Below are positions 45,907 through 56,909 of a stretch of DNA of 64,000 nucleotides, piece by piece. The stretch's first letter is position 1. Every line of letters begins with the position of its first letter. Source of the stretch: an uncultured bacterium (GTDB taxonomy: Bacteria > 4484-113); the NCBI GenBank assembly GCA_963749125.1, contig CAVVLL010000006.1, positions 27,409-91,408 on the forward strand. Reading direction: 5' to 3'. The notes beneath the pieces were generated by a model. That model did no database searches. It worked only from the letters and a program-made list of their open reading frames with translations, and was not told the origin of the DNA. A program made the position numbers and the translations under genes.

Positions 45907-47121
45907 GTGCTCGCGCTAATCAAGACTTTCGGGTGCAAAGTAAACTACGCCGACGGCGAGGAAGCCGCGCATTCGCTCGCGGCTCGCGGGTGGGAATGCA
46001 GGCATGCCAGCGATGAGAGCAGTTACGACGCCGTGCAGCCCGACCTCATTATCGTGAACTCCTGCGCGGTTACGAGCACCGCAGTAGCAAAGGTAAGGCG
46101 ATATATCAGGCGCGCCCAACGCGATTACCCCGATGCAAGGATTGCCGTAACCGGCTGTTGCGTGCACAACGAAGAAATAGCTGCTGAGTTGCGCTCACTT
46201 GGCGCAGAAGTAGTGCCCGATTGCAGCGGTATCGGGGGAGCGCCCGGGCAAACAGAGACGGTCACGGCGACAGGGCGCAGCCGCAGGTTCATCAAAGCCC
46301 AAGACGGATGCGATTCGTTTTGCGCATACTGCATCGTGCCATATCTCAGAGAGCGGTGGAATGCGCCGCTTGGTGAAATTACCAGCAGAATAGCTAGAGC
46401 GGCCAATGAAGGCGTCTGCGAGATCGTCATGTGCGGAGTTAATCTGGGGCTCTACACTGAGCCGCAAGCCGGTTTTGGCTTTACAGAGCTCGTGAGGAAG
46501 ATACTTGACGGATTGCCTGAAGGAATGCGCTTGCGCCTGTCATCTATAGAGCCGGAGCACGTGGACAGCGGCTTGTTGGATTTGTTGGCCGACAAGCGCT
46601 TGTGTCCGCACCTGCACATACCCCTGCAGTCAGGCAGCAGCCGCGTTCTAGGCGAGATGGGGCGCAGGTGCAGCCTTGAGCGCTTTATCGAAATCGCAGC
46701 TGAGATCCGTGAGCGGTATCCGTTCTGCTCGATCACAACTGATTTGATAGCTGGCTATCCTACGGAGACGGATGCAGACTTCCTCGAGACTTGCGAGATG
46801 GTCAAGAGGATAGGCTTTGAGCGGTCGCACGTCTTTAGATACAGCCGCAGGCCAGGGACACGAGCAGCACTGCTCAAGCCACTGCCGAACTGGCTAGTTA
46901 CCGATCGCGAAAAGGCGCTACTAGCGCTTTGCTCCGAAGTGGCAGACGCGCGGTGGCGCAGGTTCATCGGGAGAACATGCCTGGTGGCGTCAGAAGACGG
47001 CATGATGGGTTACGGCGAGGCATATCAGAGGGTACAAGTGCCTGGCGAGAGGCACACGCCGCGCAGCTTAGTTGAGGTGAAGTTGGCGGGCTATATAGCA
47101 GGTGTGTTTGCCGGCGAGTAG
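45907..47121 (+). CDS. mtaB: tRNA methylthiotransferase, MtaB-like
   Basis: TFGCKVN, VNSCAVT, VTGC, QDGCDSFCAYCIVP radical SAM motif, LRLSSIEP, HIPLQSGS. Confidence 0.88.
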   Translation: MLALIKTFGCKVNYADGEEAAHSLAARGWECRHASDESSYDAVQPDLIIVNSCAVTSTAVAKVRRYIRRAQRDYPDARIAVTGCCVHNEEIAAELRSLGAEVVPDCSGIGGAPGQTETVTATGRSRRFIKAQDGCDSFCAYCIVPYLRERWNAPLGEITSRIARAANEGVCEIVMCGVNLGLYTEPQAGFGFTELVRKILDGLPEGMRLRLSSIEPEHVDSGLLDLLADKRLCPHLHIPLQSGSSRVLGEMGRRCSLERFIEIAAEIRERYPFCSITTDLIAGYPTETDADFLETCEMVKRIGFERSHVFRYSRRPGTRAALLKPLPNWLVTDREKALLALCSEVADARWRRFIGRTCLVASEDGMMGYGEAYQRVQVPGERHTPRSLVEVKLAGYIAGVFAGE

Positions 47122-47140
47122 AGCAGCCGAGCCCTTAAAT

Positions 47141-47169
47141 AGTGAAGCGGCCTTGGCGGCCGCTCCACT
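47141..47169. terminator. Hairpin between convergent mtaB and the oxidoreductase gamma subunit
   Basis: AGCGGCC-TTGGC-GGCCGCT core with AGTG/CACT outer pairing. Confidence 0.65.
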
Positions 47170-47197
47170 TCATCTTCCAATAATGCGAACGAGAAAA

Positions 47198-47751
47198 CTA
47201 CAATGAGCTGGATTTCCTCGCGGCTTCCTTCCCCATATGGAAAGCCTTCAAGTTCATGTCCAGCATTTTCTTGCGGTGCGCGGGAAGGGCCCAGTCTATT
47301 CCCTTCTCCATGTATTCGTCTTTGATGGTTGTGGACAGCTCAACGAAGGCGCCAAGTCCGACCATTGATGCAAGCACCGGGTGCCCGGCTTCCAGCGCGA
47401 TGTCCGCCGTCGGCACATAGGCGACTTTGATGTCGGTGCGCTTGCTCTTCTGGAGGGCGAGGCTTGAGTTGATAGCCAAGACGCCGCCGGGCTGGATGAT
47501 GGGCTCGAACTTGTCAAAGCTCGGGCCGTTCATCACGATGACGCCGTTTGGCGAATGGGTGTGCGGGCTGCCGATCATTTCGTCGCTGATGACGACATTG
47601 CAGTTGGCTGTTCCGCCACGGCTTTCGGGACCGTAGCTGGGAATCCATGCGCTGTTGTAGCCCTGGAGCATTCCAGCGTAGGCGATAATCTGGCCAATGG
47701 TCATGATGCCTTGGCCGCCGAAACCTGCGAAGATGTATTCATCCAGAAGCA

Positions 47752-47752
<1 letters not shown>
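47198..47752 (-). CDS. 2-oxoacid:ferredoxin oxidoreductase gamma subunit
   Basis: AGFGGQGIMTIG, PSYGPESRGGTANC. Confidence 0.93.
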
Positions 47753-48550
<798 letters not shown>

Positions 48551-48558
48551 ATCAGCTC

Positions 48559-49662
48559 CTACGAAGCATCCCAGAGGGTCTTCGGGTTTTCAGGATTTTT
48601 CAACAGCGCGCGAACGGGCTCAATGATGTCTTCGGGAGTGAAGGTCATGCCGCCGTGCTTGGGCACGAAATGAATCGGCTTTTCCGCCAGCGCCGCTAGC
48701 TTCACGTCTTCCACCATCTGGCCCCAGTTCATCTCAGGGACGAGCATCGCCTTGACGCGCTTGCTCTTGGCGTATTCGCGGATGGCGTCATAGGGGAACG
48801 GCCAAACTGTTATCGGCCTGAACAAGCCGACCTTAACGCCTTCGCTGCGCAGCATGCGCACGGCGCTTTGCGCTACGCGGCTTGGCGAGCCGATGGAAAC
48901 GATGATAATTTCAGCATCGTCGGTCATGAACTCGTCGTAGTGTATCTCAACCTTCTTAAGCGCCTCGTATTTGGCAATCAAGCGTTCGTGCGAGACGGCC
49001 ATGTCCACCGGGTCAAGCCAGATGGATGTAATCAGGTGGCGATCGCGGTCTTTTTGGAACTCGTTCAGGCACCAATCCGACTTGTCCGGAGCTTCAACCC
49101 ACGGCATTGGCGTGAAGTCCACCGGCTCCATCATCTGTCCGATGGTCCCGTCGGTGAGAATCATCGCCGGGTTAAGCCACTTATCCGCGGCTATGAATGC
49201 ATCGTAGACGAACTGCGCCATTTCCTGCACCGAGTTCGGCGCAAAGGTAATCAGGCGATAATCGCCGTGGCCGCCGCCCTTGGTCGCCTGGAAGTAGTCG
49301 CCTTGATGCGGGGCGATGTTACCAAGCCCCGAGCCGCAGCGGACGACGTTCATTACGACCATCGGCAGTTCCATCATAGCAATGTACGAAAGACCTTCCT
49401 GCTTTAAGGAGATGCCGGGGCTGGAAGAGCTGGTCATCGCGCGGGCGCCTGCTGCAGCCGCTCCCATAACCATGTTTATGGCAGCTACCTCGGATTCCGA
49501 CTGGATGAAGATCCCATCGTGCTCCCAGATGTGCCCCGACATGTATTCGGGGACTTCGTTTTGCGGGGTGATAGGGTAGCCAAAATAGGCTTTGCAGCCT
49601 GCGCGAAACGCCCCTTCGCAGGCAGCATGGTTTCCCTTCATAAATACACGTTCATTAGCCAT
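48559..49662 (-). CDS. 2-oxoacid:ferredoxin oxidoreductase alpha subunit (VorB-like)
   Basis: MKGNHA, GYPITPQNE, QSESEVAAINMVMGAAAAG, TSSSSPGISLKQEG. Confidence 0.93.
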   Translation of the reverse strand: MANERVFMKGNHAACEGAFRAGCKAYFGYPITPQNEVPEYMSGHIWEHDGIFIQSESEVAAINMVMGAAAAGARAMTSSSSPGISLKQEGLSYIAMMELPMVVMNVVRCGSGLGNIAPHQGDYFQATKGGGHGDYRLITFAPNSVQEMAQFVYDAFIAADKWLNPAMILTDGTIGQMMEPVDFTPMPWVEAPDKSDWCLNEFQKDRDRHLITSIWLDPVDMAVSHERLIAKYEALKKVEIHYDEFMTDDAEIIIVSIGSPSRVAQSAVRMLRSEGVKVGLFRPITVWPFPYDAIREYAKSKRVKAMLVPEMNWGQMVEDVKLAALAEKPIHFVPKHGGMTFTPEDIIEPVRALLKNPENPKTLWDAS

Positions 49663-49696
49663 AGTGCTTACACCTCATGTGAGATAAAAGGAATGA

Positions 49697-49927
49697 CTAA
49701 CCAGCTTTCTTTTTGACTTCCTTGTAGACCACAATCGCGACGTCCGGGCACGTAATGGCGCAAAGCTTGCAGCCGTTGCACGCGTGCTCCGGGTCGATGA
49801 ACTCAACGAAGTAGTGGCCCCGCCGGTTAATCTTGGCCTGGGTGTTCTGAATTAGACTGTGCGGACACGCAGGGATGCACAGAAGGCAGCCCTTGCATAT
49901 GTCATCGAGGATCTCGATCATCGGCAT
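49697..49927 (-). CDS. 2-oxoacid:ferredoxin oxidoreductase delta (2x[4Fe-4S]) subunit
   Basis: CKGCLLCIPACP and CNGCKLCAITCP. Confidence 0.92.
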   Translation of the reverse strand: MPMIEILDDICKGCLLCIPACPHSLIQNTQAKINRRGHYFVEFIDPEHACNGCKLCAITCPDVAIVVYKEVKKKAG

Positions 49928-50052
49928 GAGTCAGGAACCTCACTTGTGAATAAAGTAGCAGCTGTTAAAGGGATTGCGGGCAAAAACCAAGGCTGCCAGC
50001 TCGGCATGCCCCGAAAAGATACCTGGAAATCAGGCAAGAGGCCTGTCACCCA

Positions 50053-50082
50053 ATATTAGCACAAATGAGAAGCGGTTCACAA
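50053..50082 (-). promoter_or_regulatory. Promoter of the oxidoreductase operon with overlapping Rex-like operator
   Basis: Minus strand TG-C-TAATAT (-10 at 50053-50058); ATGAGAA-GCGG-TTCACAA at 50065-50082 matches 12/14 of TTGTGAA-N4-TTCACAA. Confidence 0.5.
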
Positions 50083-50098
50083 GGTCTGAGCAGCGCAA

Positions 50099-51100
50099 TT
50101 AGCCCAATGGACGGTGGCAGGCCACCTTAGCAGCTCCAATTTGCGTCAGCACAGGGTCGGATTGGAGGCATTTAGTATCAGCGCAGTCACATCTCTCTGC
50201 ATAAGCGCACCCAACGGGCGGCTTGGTCAAATCAGGCGGAGCGCCAGGAATGGGAGCGAGGTCTTTACGCGCATCAACCCGGGGAACAGAGGATATAAGG
50301 GCGCGCGAGTAAGGATGCCGTGGGCTGTTAAAGAACTCGGACACTAAAGTTTCTTCAACAATCCTGCCTGCATACATTACCAAGACGCGGCTGCAAGTGC
50401 CGGCAACGATGCTTAGGTCGTGCGTAATCAAGATGACGGCAGTGCCCAAGTTCTCGCGCAGCTGGAGCATCAGGCTCATTATCTGCGCTTGAATGGTCAC
50501 GTCCAGCGCAGTGGTAGGTTCATCAGCTATCAGCAATGACGGCCTGCACGAAAGCGCCATGGCTATCATCACGCGCTGGCGCATTCCGCCCGAGAGTTGG
50601 TGCGGGTATTGCGAAAACCTTTGGGCGGCATCGGCGATGCCTACGCTTCCCAACAGCTCAATCGCCTTTTCCTTCGCCGCATCCCGAGACATTCCTTGAT
50701 GGAGCATCAGGGGTTCCATTATCTGATAGCCAATGGTTAACACAGGGTTGAGCGACGACATGGGATCTTGAAAGACCATGCTTATCTCGTTACCCCGAAT
50801 GTTCTTCATCTCCGCGAGTGGCAGTGTTACCAGATCAACGTTGGCGGTATTGCTCTTGGAAGGATGAAACAGGATGCTGCCGGTAACAGACGCCCCGGGG
50901 ATTTCGCGAGACAAACCTAGCAACGATAGCGCCGTCATCGTCTTACCGCATGCTGATTCGCCGACAATGCCGACCATTTCGCCGGGAGAGACTTGGAATG
51001 ACACGCCACGCACGGCCCTGACTACCGCCGCATCCGAAGCTATGGAGACGCGAAGGTCGCTGACTGTGAGCAGAGGCTTAGGCTGTACCGGTGTAGTCAC
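50099..51100 (-). CDS. oppD: Oligopeptide ABC transporter ATP-binding protein
   Basis: GESACGKT, FQDPMSSLNP, LSGGMRQR, ADEPTTALD, HPYSRAL; GTG start at 51100 (track ORF 50099..51262). Confidence 0.92.
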   Translation of the reverse strand: MTTPVQPKPLLTVSDLRVSIASDAAVVRAVRGVSFQVSPGEMVGIVGESACGKTMTALSLLGLSREIPGASVTGSILFHPSKSNTANVDLVTLPLAEMKNIRGNEISMVFQDPMSSLNPVLTIGYQIMEPLMLHQGMSRDAAKEKAIELLGSVGIADAAQRFSQYPHQLSGGMRQRVMIAMALSCRPSLLIADEPTTALDVTIQAQIMSLMLQLRENLGTAVILITHDLSIVAGTCSRVLVMYAGRIVEETLVSEFFNSPRHPYSRALISSVPRVDARKDLAPIPGAPPDLTKPPVGCAYAERCDCADTKCLQSDPVLTQIGAAKVACHRPLG

Positions 51101-52502
51101 CCAGGTATGCCTCCACTGACTTGCGCAATGCGGCGAATGAAGCGTTGTTCTCCGCTTCAATATATATGCGAACGACTGACTCCGTTCCCGAGGGTCGGAA
51201 CAAGACCCATGAGCCGTCGCCGAAGATAAACTTGCTGCCATCCAATGATGATGACGACGCAACTTCCTTTCCGAGGAATATAGATGAGCTAAGCTGACTT
51301 TTCACATCGTTTATGAGCGATGCGCGATTATCGCCTTCAATCTCAAGGTCTATCCGCTCAAAGCACGAATCACCGTATTTCTCTTTGAAGGCTTTCCATG
51401 CGCATGTTAGCGAATTTCCCGATGTCGCCAGCGAATTGAGTAGCAGCATTATTGAGAGTATCGCATCTTTCTCAGGCACATGCCCGGCTATGGACAAGCC
51501 GCCCAATTCTTCGCCGCCGATTAGCGCACCTTCGCGAAGCTCTCTGCCGACATACTTGAAGCCGACAGGTGTTTCAATCAGCTCCACGCCATGCGCCTTC
51601 GCGACGCGGTCAAGGACGTGCGATGTCGCCACCGTCCTCACGAGGCGGCCTCGCATACCTTTTACTGTCAGTAGAAAGTCAGCGAGCATAGGCAGAATCT
51701 GGTTGCAGCCAAAGTATGTGCCGTCAGGCGTCATCAATCCAAACCTGTCGGCGTCTCCATCGGTCGCGATCAACAGCGAATATGCGCTGGCATCAACCTG
51801 CCTGCGCACCGCTTCCATGTTCGCAGGCGAGGGATCAGGCAGGCTTCCGCCAAACAAGACATCGCGGCCGGCGAAGACAGTTTCAACGCCAACACCGTTA
51901 TCGCCGAGGTAGCGGTCAACCCATCCCGCGCCAACTCCGTGAAACGCCGCATAGAGCAATTTGCCCTCAAGCTTGCGCAGGCTGGGCGCGTCTACAAAGG
52001 TGTTCAAGCGCGCAAAATACTCGTCGCGCAAATCGAGCTTCTCGCCGGTCGATATGGTGTCCAGCGGCGGTATCGCCATCCCGCATACTTCAATCTCTCG
52101 AATAATCTCGGTTATCCGCTGAGTCGTTTCAGCCTCGGCAGGCCCGGCGAAATGCGGGATAAACTTGATGCCAAGGTAGTAGAAAGGATTATGGCTGGCG
52201 GTGAACATCAGTGCGCCTGCAGCTTGAAGCTTCATCACGCCGAACGCGCACACGGGGGTGGGAACTGGCGTGCAAAAAACGAAAACAGGTTGGCCAGCGC
52301 GCGAAAGGTAGTTGGCGGTGTTGGCCGCAAACTCCTGGGCAAGGAAGCGGTTGTCGTAGCCGATTATGACGGGCCTATCGCTATATCCTGTTTCGGCAAG
52401 ATAGCGCCGAACGGCTTCCGCGACGATTACGGCGCGCGGAAACGTGAAGTCAAAGGATATTATGCCGCGCCAGCCGTCCGTACCAAAGGAGATTGGCCTC
52501 AT
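51078..52502 (-). CDS. Phosphoglucomutase/phosphomannomutase family protein
   Basis: FGTDGWRG, TASHNP, DGDADR, GFKYV, RPSGTE; true start ATG 52502 (track ORF extends to 53057). Confidence 0.93.
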   Translation of the reverse strand: MRPISFGTDGWRGIISFDFTFPRAVIVAEAVRRYLAETGYSDRPVIIGYDNRFLAQEFAANTANYLSRAGQPVFVFCTPVPTPVCAFGVMKLQAAGALMFTASHNPFYYLGIKFIPHFAGPAEAETTQRITEIIREIEVCGMAIPPLDTISTGEKLDLRDEYFARLNTFVDAPSLRKLEGKLLYAAFHGVGAGWVDRYLGDNGVGVETVFAGRDVLFGGSLPDPSPANMEAVRRQVDASAYSLLIATDGDADRFGLMTPDGTYFGCNQILPMLADFLLTVKGMRGRLVRTVATSHVLDRVAKAHGVELIETPVGFKYVGRELREGALIGGEELGGLSIAGHVPEKDAILSIMLLLNSLATSGNSLTCAWKAFKEKYGDSCFERIDLEIEGDNRASLINDVKSQLSSSIFLGKEVASSSSLDGSKFIFGDGSWVLFRPSGTESVVRIYIEAENNASFAALRKSVEAYLGDYTGTA

Positions 52503-52542
52503 ACACCTCATTATACAACGGGCACTTTGATATACTGAGCCG

Positions 52543-53559
52543 GTGGATGCGATTATTCTTGCAGGCGGACTTGGAACCAGGCTATACCCGCTGACGCTAG
52601 CCACGCCCAAATCGCTGCTTCCGTTCCTTGACCGGGCGATTATTGAATACCAGATAGACATCGCCTGCGAAGCAGAAAGCGAGAGGATCGTCGCCGCAGC
52701 AGGACATATGGCCGACATTCTATCGGGATACGCGCTCTGCGCGGATTTAGGCATTGAGTGCGTGGAGGAAGACAGCCCTCTCGGAACAGGCGGCGCGATT
52801 GCTAACGTGATTAGGGACAAGGGGCTTTGCGCCCCCCTATTGGCGCTCAACGGCGATATCCTGTGCGACATTGCTCCGCGAAGCCTTGTGGCCACCGCTG
52901 AAGCGCTTGGAACGCCTGCGACGATAACCGCTGCACCAGTTGAGGACGCTACTGCCTTTGGGACGCTGGAGATTTCCAAGACGGGAATCCTGAGCTCGTT
53001 TCGTGAGAAAGACGCGACGGCGAAGCTTGAGAAGCGCAGCATGGTCAATGCAGGCATCTATTACTTGGACGAAAGGGCAGTGAATCGTTTGGCGTGCATG
53101 GAAGGCGCGTTCAGTATGGAGACCGACTTCTTCCCAACGCTGGCATCTGAAGGCGGAGTAGGGGTTCACGTCCACAACGGCTTTTGGCGCGACATAGGCA
53201 CGCTTGAGCTTTATTTCAAAACGCACTTTGACATCCTCGGCTACTTCCTAATGATGGGAACCGCCAATTTCGGCGGGAAGCGCGGCGACTTCGCGTTGTT
53301 TAAGGATTTCATATACATACATAACCAGACCGTCCTCGGTGCAGGATGCGACTTATTTCACCGCGTTGTGTTGATGAAAGGCGCTGAAATCGGCGAGAAG
53401 TCATTGTTGCGAAACTGCATCGTGCTCCCGGGCGCCCTCATCGGTAAGGGCTGCAAGTTGGAGACGGTCATTGTTGACGCTGGGTATTCAGTGCCCGACG
53501 GCGCTGTTATCTCAAACAAAGTGCTTTCGCAGGCCCATGAGGAGCCTTTCGGCGGGTAA
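52543..53559 (+). CDS. NDP-sugar synthase (mannose-1-phosphate guanylyltransferase-like)
   Basis: ILAGGLGTRLYPLT...PKSL, PLGTGG, NGDI, VNAGIY, WRDIGT. Confidence 0.9.
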   Translation: MDAIILAGGLGTRLYPLTLATPKSLLPFLDRAIIEYQIDIACEAESERIVAAAGHMADILSGYALCADLGIECVEEDSPLGTGGAIANVIRDKGLCAPLLALNGDILCDIAPRSLVATAEALGTPATITAAPVEDATAFGTLEISKTGILSSFREKDATAKLEKRSMVNAGIYYLDERAVNRLACMEGAFSMETDFFPTLASEGGVGVHVHNGFWRDIGTLELYFKTHFDILGYFLMMGTANFGGKRGDFALFKDFIYIHNQTVLGAGCDLFHRVVLMKGAEIGEKSLLRNCIVLPGALIGKGCKLETVIVDAGYSVPDGAVISNKVLSQAHEEPFGG

Positions 53560-53640
53560 TGCCTGGTTCACAAGTTATGAGTACTTTATCTTGCATGCGT
53601 AAACAACCTTTGAACAGCGAAACAGGCTTGGGGGATCAAG

Positions 53641-54570
53641 ATGATAATCACAGTCACATGTAACCCTTGCGTTGATAAGAGTTTCAGCATCAGAGGCCTG
53701 CGGCCTGAGGCTAAGATGCGAGCCAAAGACGTGCGCTACGACCCGGGCGGCGGCGGTGTGAACGTGTCGCGGGTCATAAGGCGCTTTGGCTGCGAGACTA
53801 AGGCGCTTGGGTTCGCTGGTGGGCACACGGGTGTAGCCTTATGCGACCTGCTTGACCACGAAGGCGTTGAATATGACATGATCGCCGTGAAAGAGCCAAC
53901 ACGCATAAACATCACGATTCTTGATGAAGAGGACGGGGCGCAGTACGTCTTCAGCCTTCCCGGAGGGCACGTTGATCACTCAGAATGGCACGAGCTGGTG
54001 AACAAGATTAGATCTATGGAACCGAAACCGAGGGATATCGTGCTTAGCGGTAGCCTGCCGCCGGGGCTGAACAACGAGGCTTACGGTGAACTGGCCAAAC
54101 ATGCGAATGCGCGAGGAATCACCGTGTTCGTTGACACGTCCGGCGAGCCATTGTGCAAGACGTTTGAGTACGCGCCCGCCCTCGTTAAGCCAAACCGCAG
54201 GGAACTTGGGCTGCTTGTCGATAAGGAGCTTTGCAGCATTGAAGAAGTCTTAGGCGCATCCCGCGAAGTGCTGGCGATGGGGCCAAAAGCGGTAGTCGTC
54301 TCGCTGGGAGAACAAGGCGCGCTAGCGGTGAACGCCGACGGAGCCTGGCATGCGAAAGCGCCAAGCGTGAAGACAGTGAGCAAGGTGGGCGCAGGCGACT
54401 CTATGATGGCCGCGCTGGTGCGTAGCCTTAGTATCGGCGATGAGTTGAAGGATGCGCTGAAGCTCGGTGTAGCTGCGGGAACGGCGGCGACCATCTCTCC
54501 AGGGACGGAGCTTTGCCGAATGAAAGATATAGACGGCCTCTTCCAAAAGGTGGAGGTCAAAGCGCTTTAG
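53641..54570 (+). CDS. 1-phosphofructokinase family hexose kinase (PfkB)
   Basis: VTCNPCVD, PGGGGVNVSR, LSGSLPPG, VKPNRRE, VGAGDSM. Confidence 0.92.
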   Translation: MIITVTCNPCVDKSFSIRGLRPEAKMRAKDVRYDPGGGGVNVSRVIRRFGCETKALGFAGGHTGVALCDLLDHEGVEYDMIAVKEPTRINITILDEEDGAQYVFSLPGGHVDHSEWHELVNKIRSMEPKPRDIVLSGSLPPGLNNEAYGELAKHANARGITVFVDTSGEPLCKTFEYAPALVKPNRRELGLLVDKELCSIEEVLGASREVLAMGPKAVVVSLGEQGALAVNADGAWHAKAPSVKTVSKVGAGDSMMAALVRSLSIGDELKDALKLGVAAGTAATISPGTELCRMKDIDGLFQKVEVKAL

Positions 54571-54585
54571 GCCACGTGCGCCCGG

Positions 54586-55912
54586 CTACTTCTTCGGTCC
54601 TAAGTCCACTTTGGCGCAGACAAGCCCTGTAATCAGCTTAGGATAGAAGTCGGTTGATTTCTGCGGCATGACTTCACCCTTGCCTGCGACATCGCGAATC
54701 TGCGAGAGTTTCGTCGGATTCATCAGTATGACAAGCTGGTGCGTTCCCTTATTCACTCGCGCAACCGAGTCTTCCGGCAGCCTGTCGTAAGAGATGTTAG
54801 TTTTCGCAGCCTGCGCTTCTTTATCAATGCCGAGGATATGCTCCAGTATCACTTCGTGGAGAATAGCCACGTCCAGGTTTCTCCACTCAGGCGAGCGCTC
54901 AGGGGCGAGCTTGTTCATTGTCTCGGCGTCCTTGAAACGCAGGAACCACCACTTCCCGGCGTGGTAAAGCCCGAAGGCGTGGGCTGAGGAGTTCAGGCGC
55001 AACTGCATCAAGCGCAGCTTGGACAGCCTTCATATCGGGCATTGCTTCCACAGCGAAGTGCTCGCCAAGACGACCCAAGAATCCGTTGATATCAAATCCC
55101 GGCAGGTTGAACAACACGCGGTGGGTCGGCAAAACCACGAGGCCTGGGTCGCTCATGCCCACGAGCGTCATCATCGCGTTCTTGGGGTTCTGCGTTGAAT
55201 CGCCGCCCTGGTATTCCTGAAGGCGGATGTTGCGGTAATTGATCGCGGTTTCATACCGGTGGTGGCCGTCGGCGATGAAGAGCAAGCGGTTATTCATTTC
55301 CTTCTGCACCGCCGCGATAACTTCGGGATCCGTGACAGCCCACATCTTATGGGTTACATTCTCTTCCTCGTTGAACGCAACCTGGTCGGGTGGGCGCTGC
55401 ACGTGAGGCTCAAGCAGGCACATAACGCAGTTGCCATCGTCAGGGTAGAGCTGGAACACCTGGCCAAAATGCATGTCGGTATGCAGCAGGAGCTTCAGTC
55501 GGTCTTCTTTGGGTGCGCTAAGCGTGCGCTCATGCGGTTTTACCTTGCCGCTTGAGTAATCTTCCAGCTCAACGAGCACGGTCATCCCCTTGCGGGTGAA
55601 TTTCTCGCCGTTGGGCGCAGTGAATTCCTGGAAGTAAACGTAGATGGCTGGCTTGGGGTCTTCTACGAGAACTCCTTTGTCAACATACTCATTGAGGGCA
55701 GCCTGTGCGCGCGTATAGACGTTGTTCGCGTCGTTGTCGTCAGGGAATTCGCGCCCCTTGGTAATCCTCACAATGGTATTAGAGCTGCTGTTGTAATACT
55801 TGTCCTGTAGTTCCTTGTTGATCCTGTCGTAGGGGAGGGCGGTCACCTTGGTCAGGTCGCCAACAGCCTGCGCGTTGAAATGCGTCCCTTTGAAAGGGAA
55901 AATGTTCGCCAT
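54586..55912 (-). CDS. DUF1015 family protein, frameshifted near 54990
   Basis: PFKG, ALPYD, PHERTL..PK.DRL, IADGHHRYETA, PTHRV; C-terminal MPQKSTDFYPKL.TGL in ORF 54586..55011. Confidence 0.85.
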
Positions 55913-55941
55913 GAATTACTCCTGGTGCGGCTTGGAGCCAG

Positions 55942-56862
55942 CTATTTTGCGAAATAGTCGCGAACGATATCCACAACCTCAAACCCGACGCGCGCCATGC
56001 CTTCCTTGGTCTGGGCGCCAACATGGGGAGTAAGGACGACATTATCCATTCCCACGAAATGATGCTCGACAGGCGGCTCTTTCTCGTAGACGTCCAGCCC
56101 TGCGCCTGCAATCTCGCCGTCTTTAAGTGCTTGGGCGAGTGCAGGTTCGTCAACGACGCCGCCGCGCGCGCAGTTGATGAGATATGCGGTCTTCTTCATC
56201 TTCGCGAACTGCGGCGTGCTGAACATATTGGCAGTCTCTGAAGTCTTTGGCAGGTGCAGCGTGATGAAATCGGATTTCTCAATGATTTCATCAAGCGTCG
56301 CATCCTTGATTCCTGCGATACCGAGTGTTGTCGCCTTAACGTAAGGGTCGTAAGCGATGGCATTCATCCCAAGGGCGATGGCGCGCTTCGCGATTTCCTG
56401 GCCGATGCGCCCGATGCCGACGATGCCGAGAGTTTTGCCGCCGAGTTCAACGCCCTTGAACGCCTTCTTCTCCCACTCTTTACGCTTCATTGAGGCGTCG
56501 GCAACGTGCAGCTTACGCGCCAGGGAGAACATCATCGCGAGCGCTAGCTCAGCCACGCTTGCGCTGCTGGCTGCGGGGGTGTTGCGAACTTCAATGCCCT
56601 TCTCTTTTGCATAGGCGACGTCAATGTTATCCAGGCCCACGCCCCCGCGGACGATGAGCTTCAGCTTCTTTCCGGCGTCAATAACCTCTTTGGTTACTTT
56701 CGTGGCGCTGCGGACAACAAGGCATTCGTAATCGCCAACGATTTTGAGCAGCTCGTCGGGAGGAGTTCCCTGGTCTTTGTGCAGGACATCAAGGTAATCA
56801 ATCTCCTGCATCTTCGCCACCGCTTTCACGTCGGTAGCATCGCATATAAGGACTTTGGCCAT
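55942..56862 (-). CDS. serA: D-3-phosphoglycerate dehydrogenase (short form)
   Basis: VRSATKV, RGGVGLDNID, GIVGIGRIG, NCARGGVVDE, LDVYEKEP, TPHVGA. Confidence 0.85.
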   Translation of the reverse strand: MAKVLICDATDVKAVAKMQEIDYLDVLHKDQGTPPDELLKIVGDYECLVVRSATKVTKEVIDAGKKLKLIVRGGVGLDNIDVAYAKEKGIEVRNTPAASSASVAELALAMMFSLARKLHVADASMKRKEWEKKAFKGVELGGKTLGIVGIGRIGQEIAKRAIALGMNAIAYDPYVKATTLGIAGIKDATLDEIIEKSDFITLHLPKTSETANMFSTPQFAKMKKTAYLINCARGGVVDEPALAQALKDGEIAGAGLDVYEKEPPVEHHFVGMDNVVLTPHVGAQTKEGMARVGFEVVDIVRDYFAK

Positions 56863-56909
56863 AATAAACCTCCGGTTCGGACTGTAAGTATGCGAACTTG
56901 GCTATCGTG

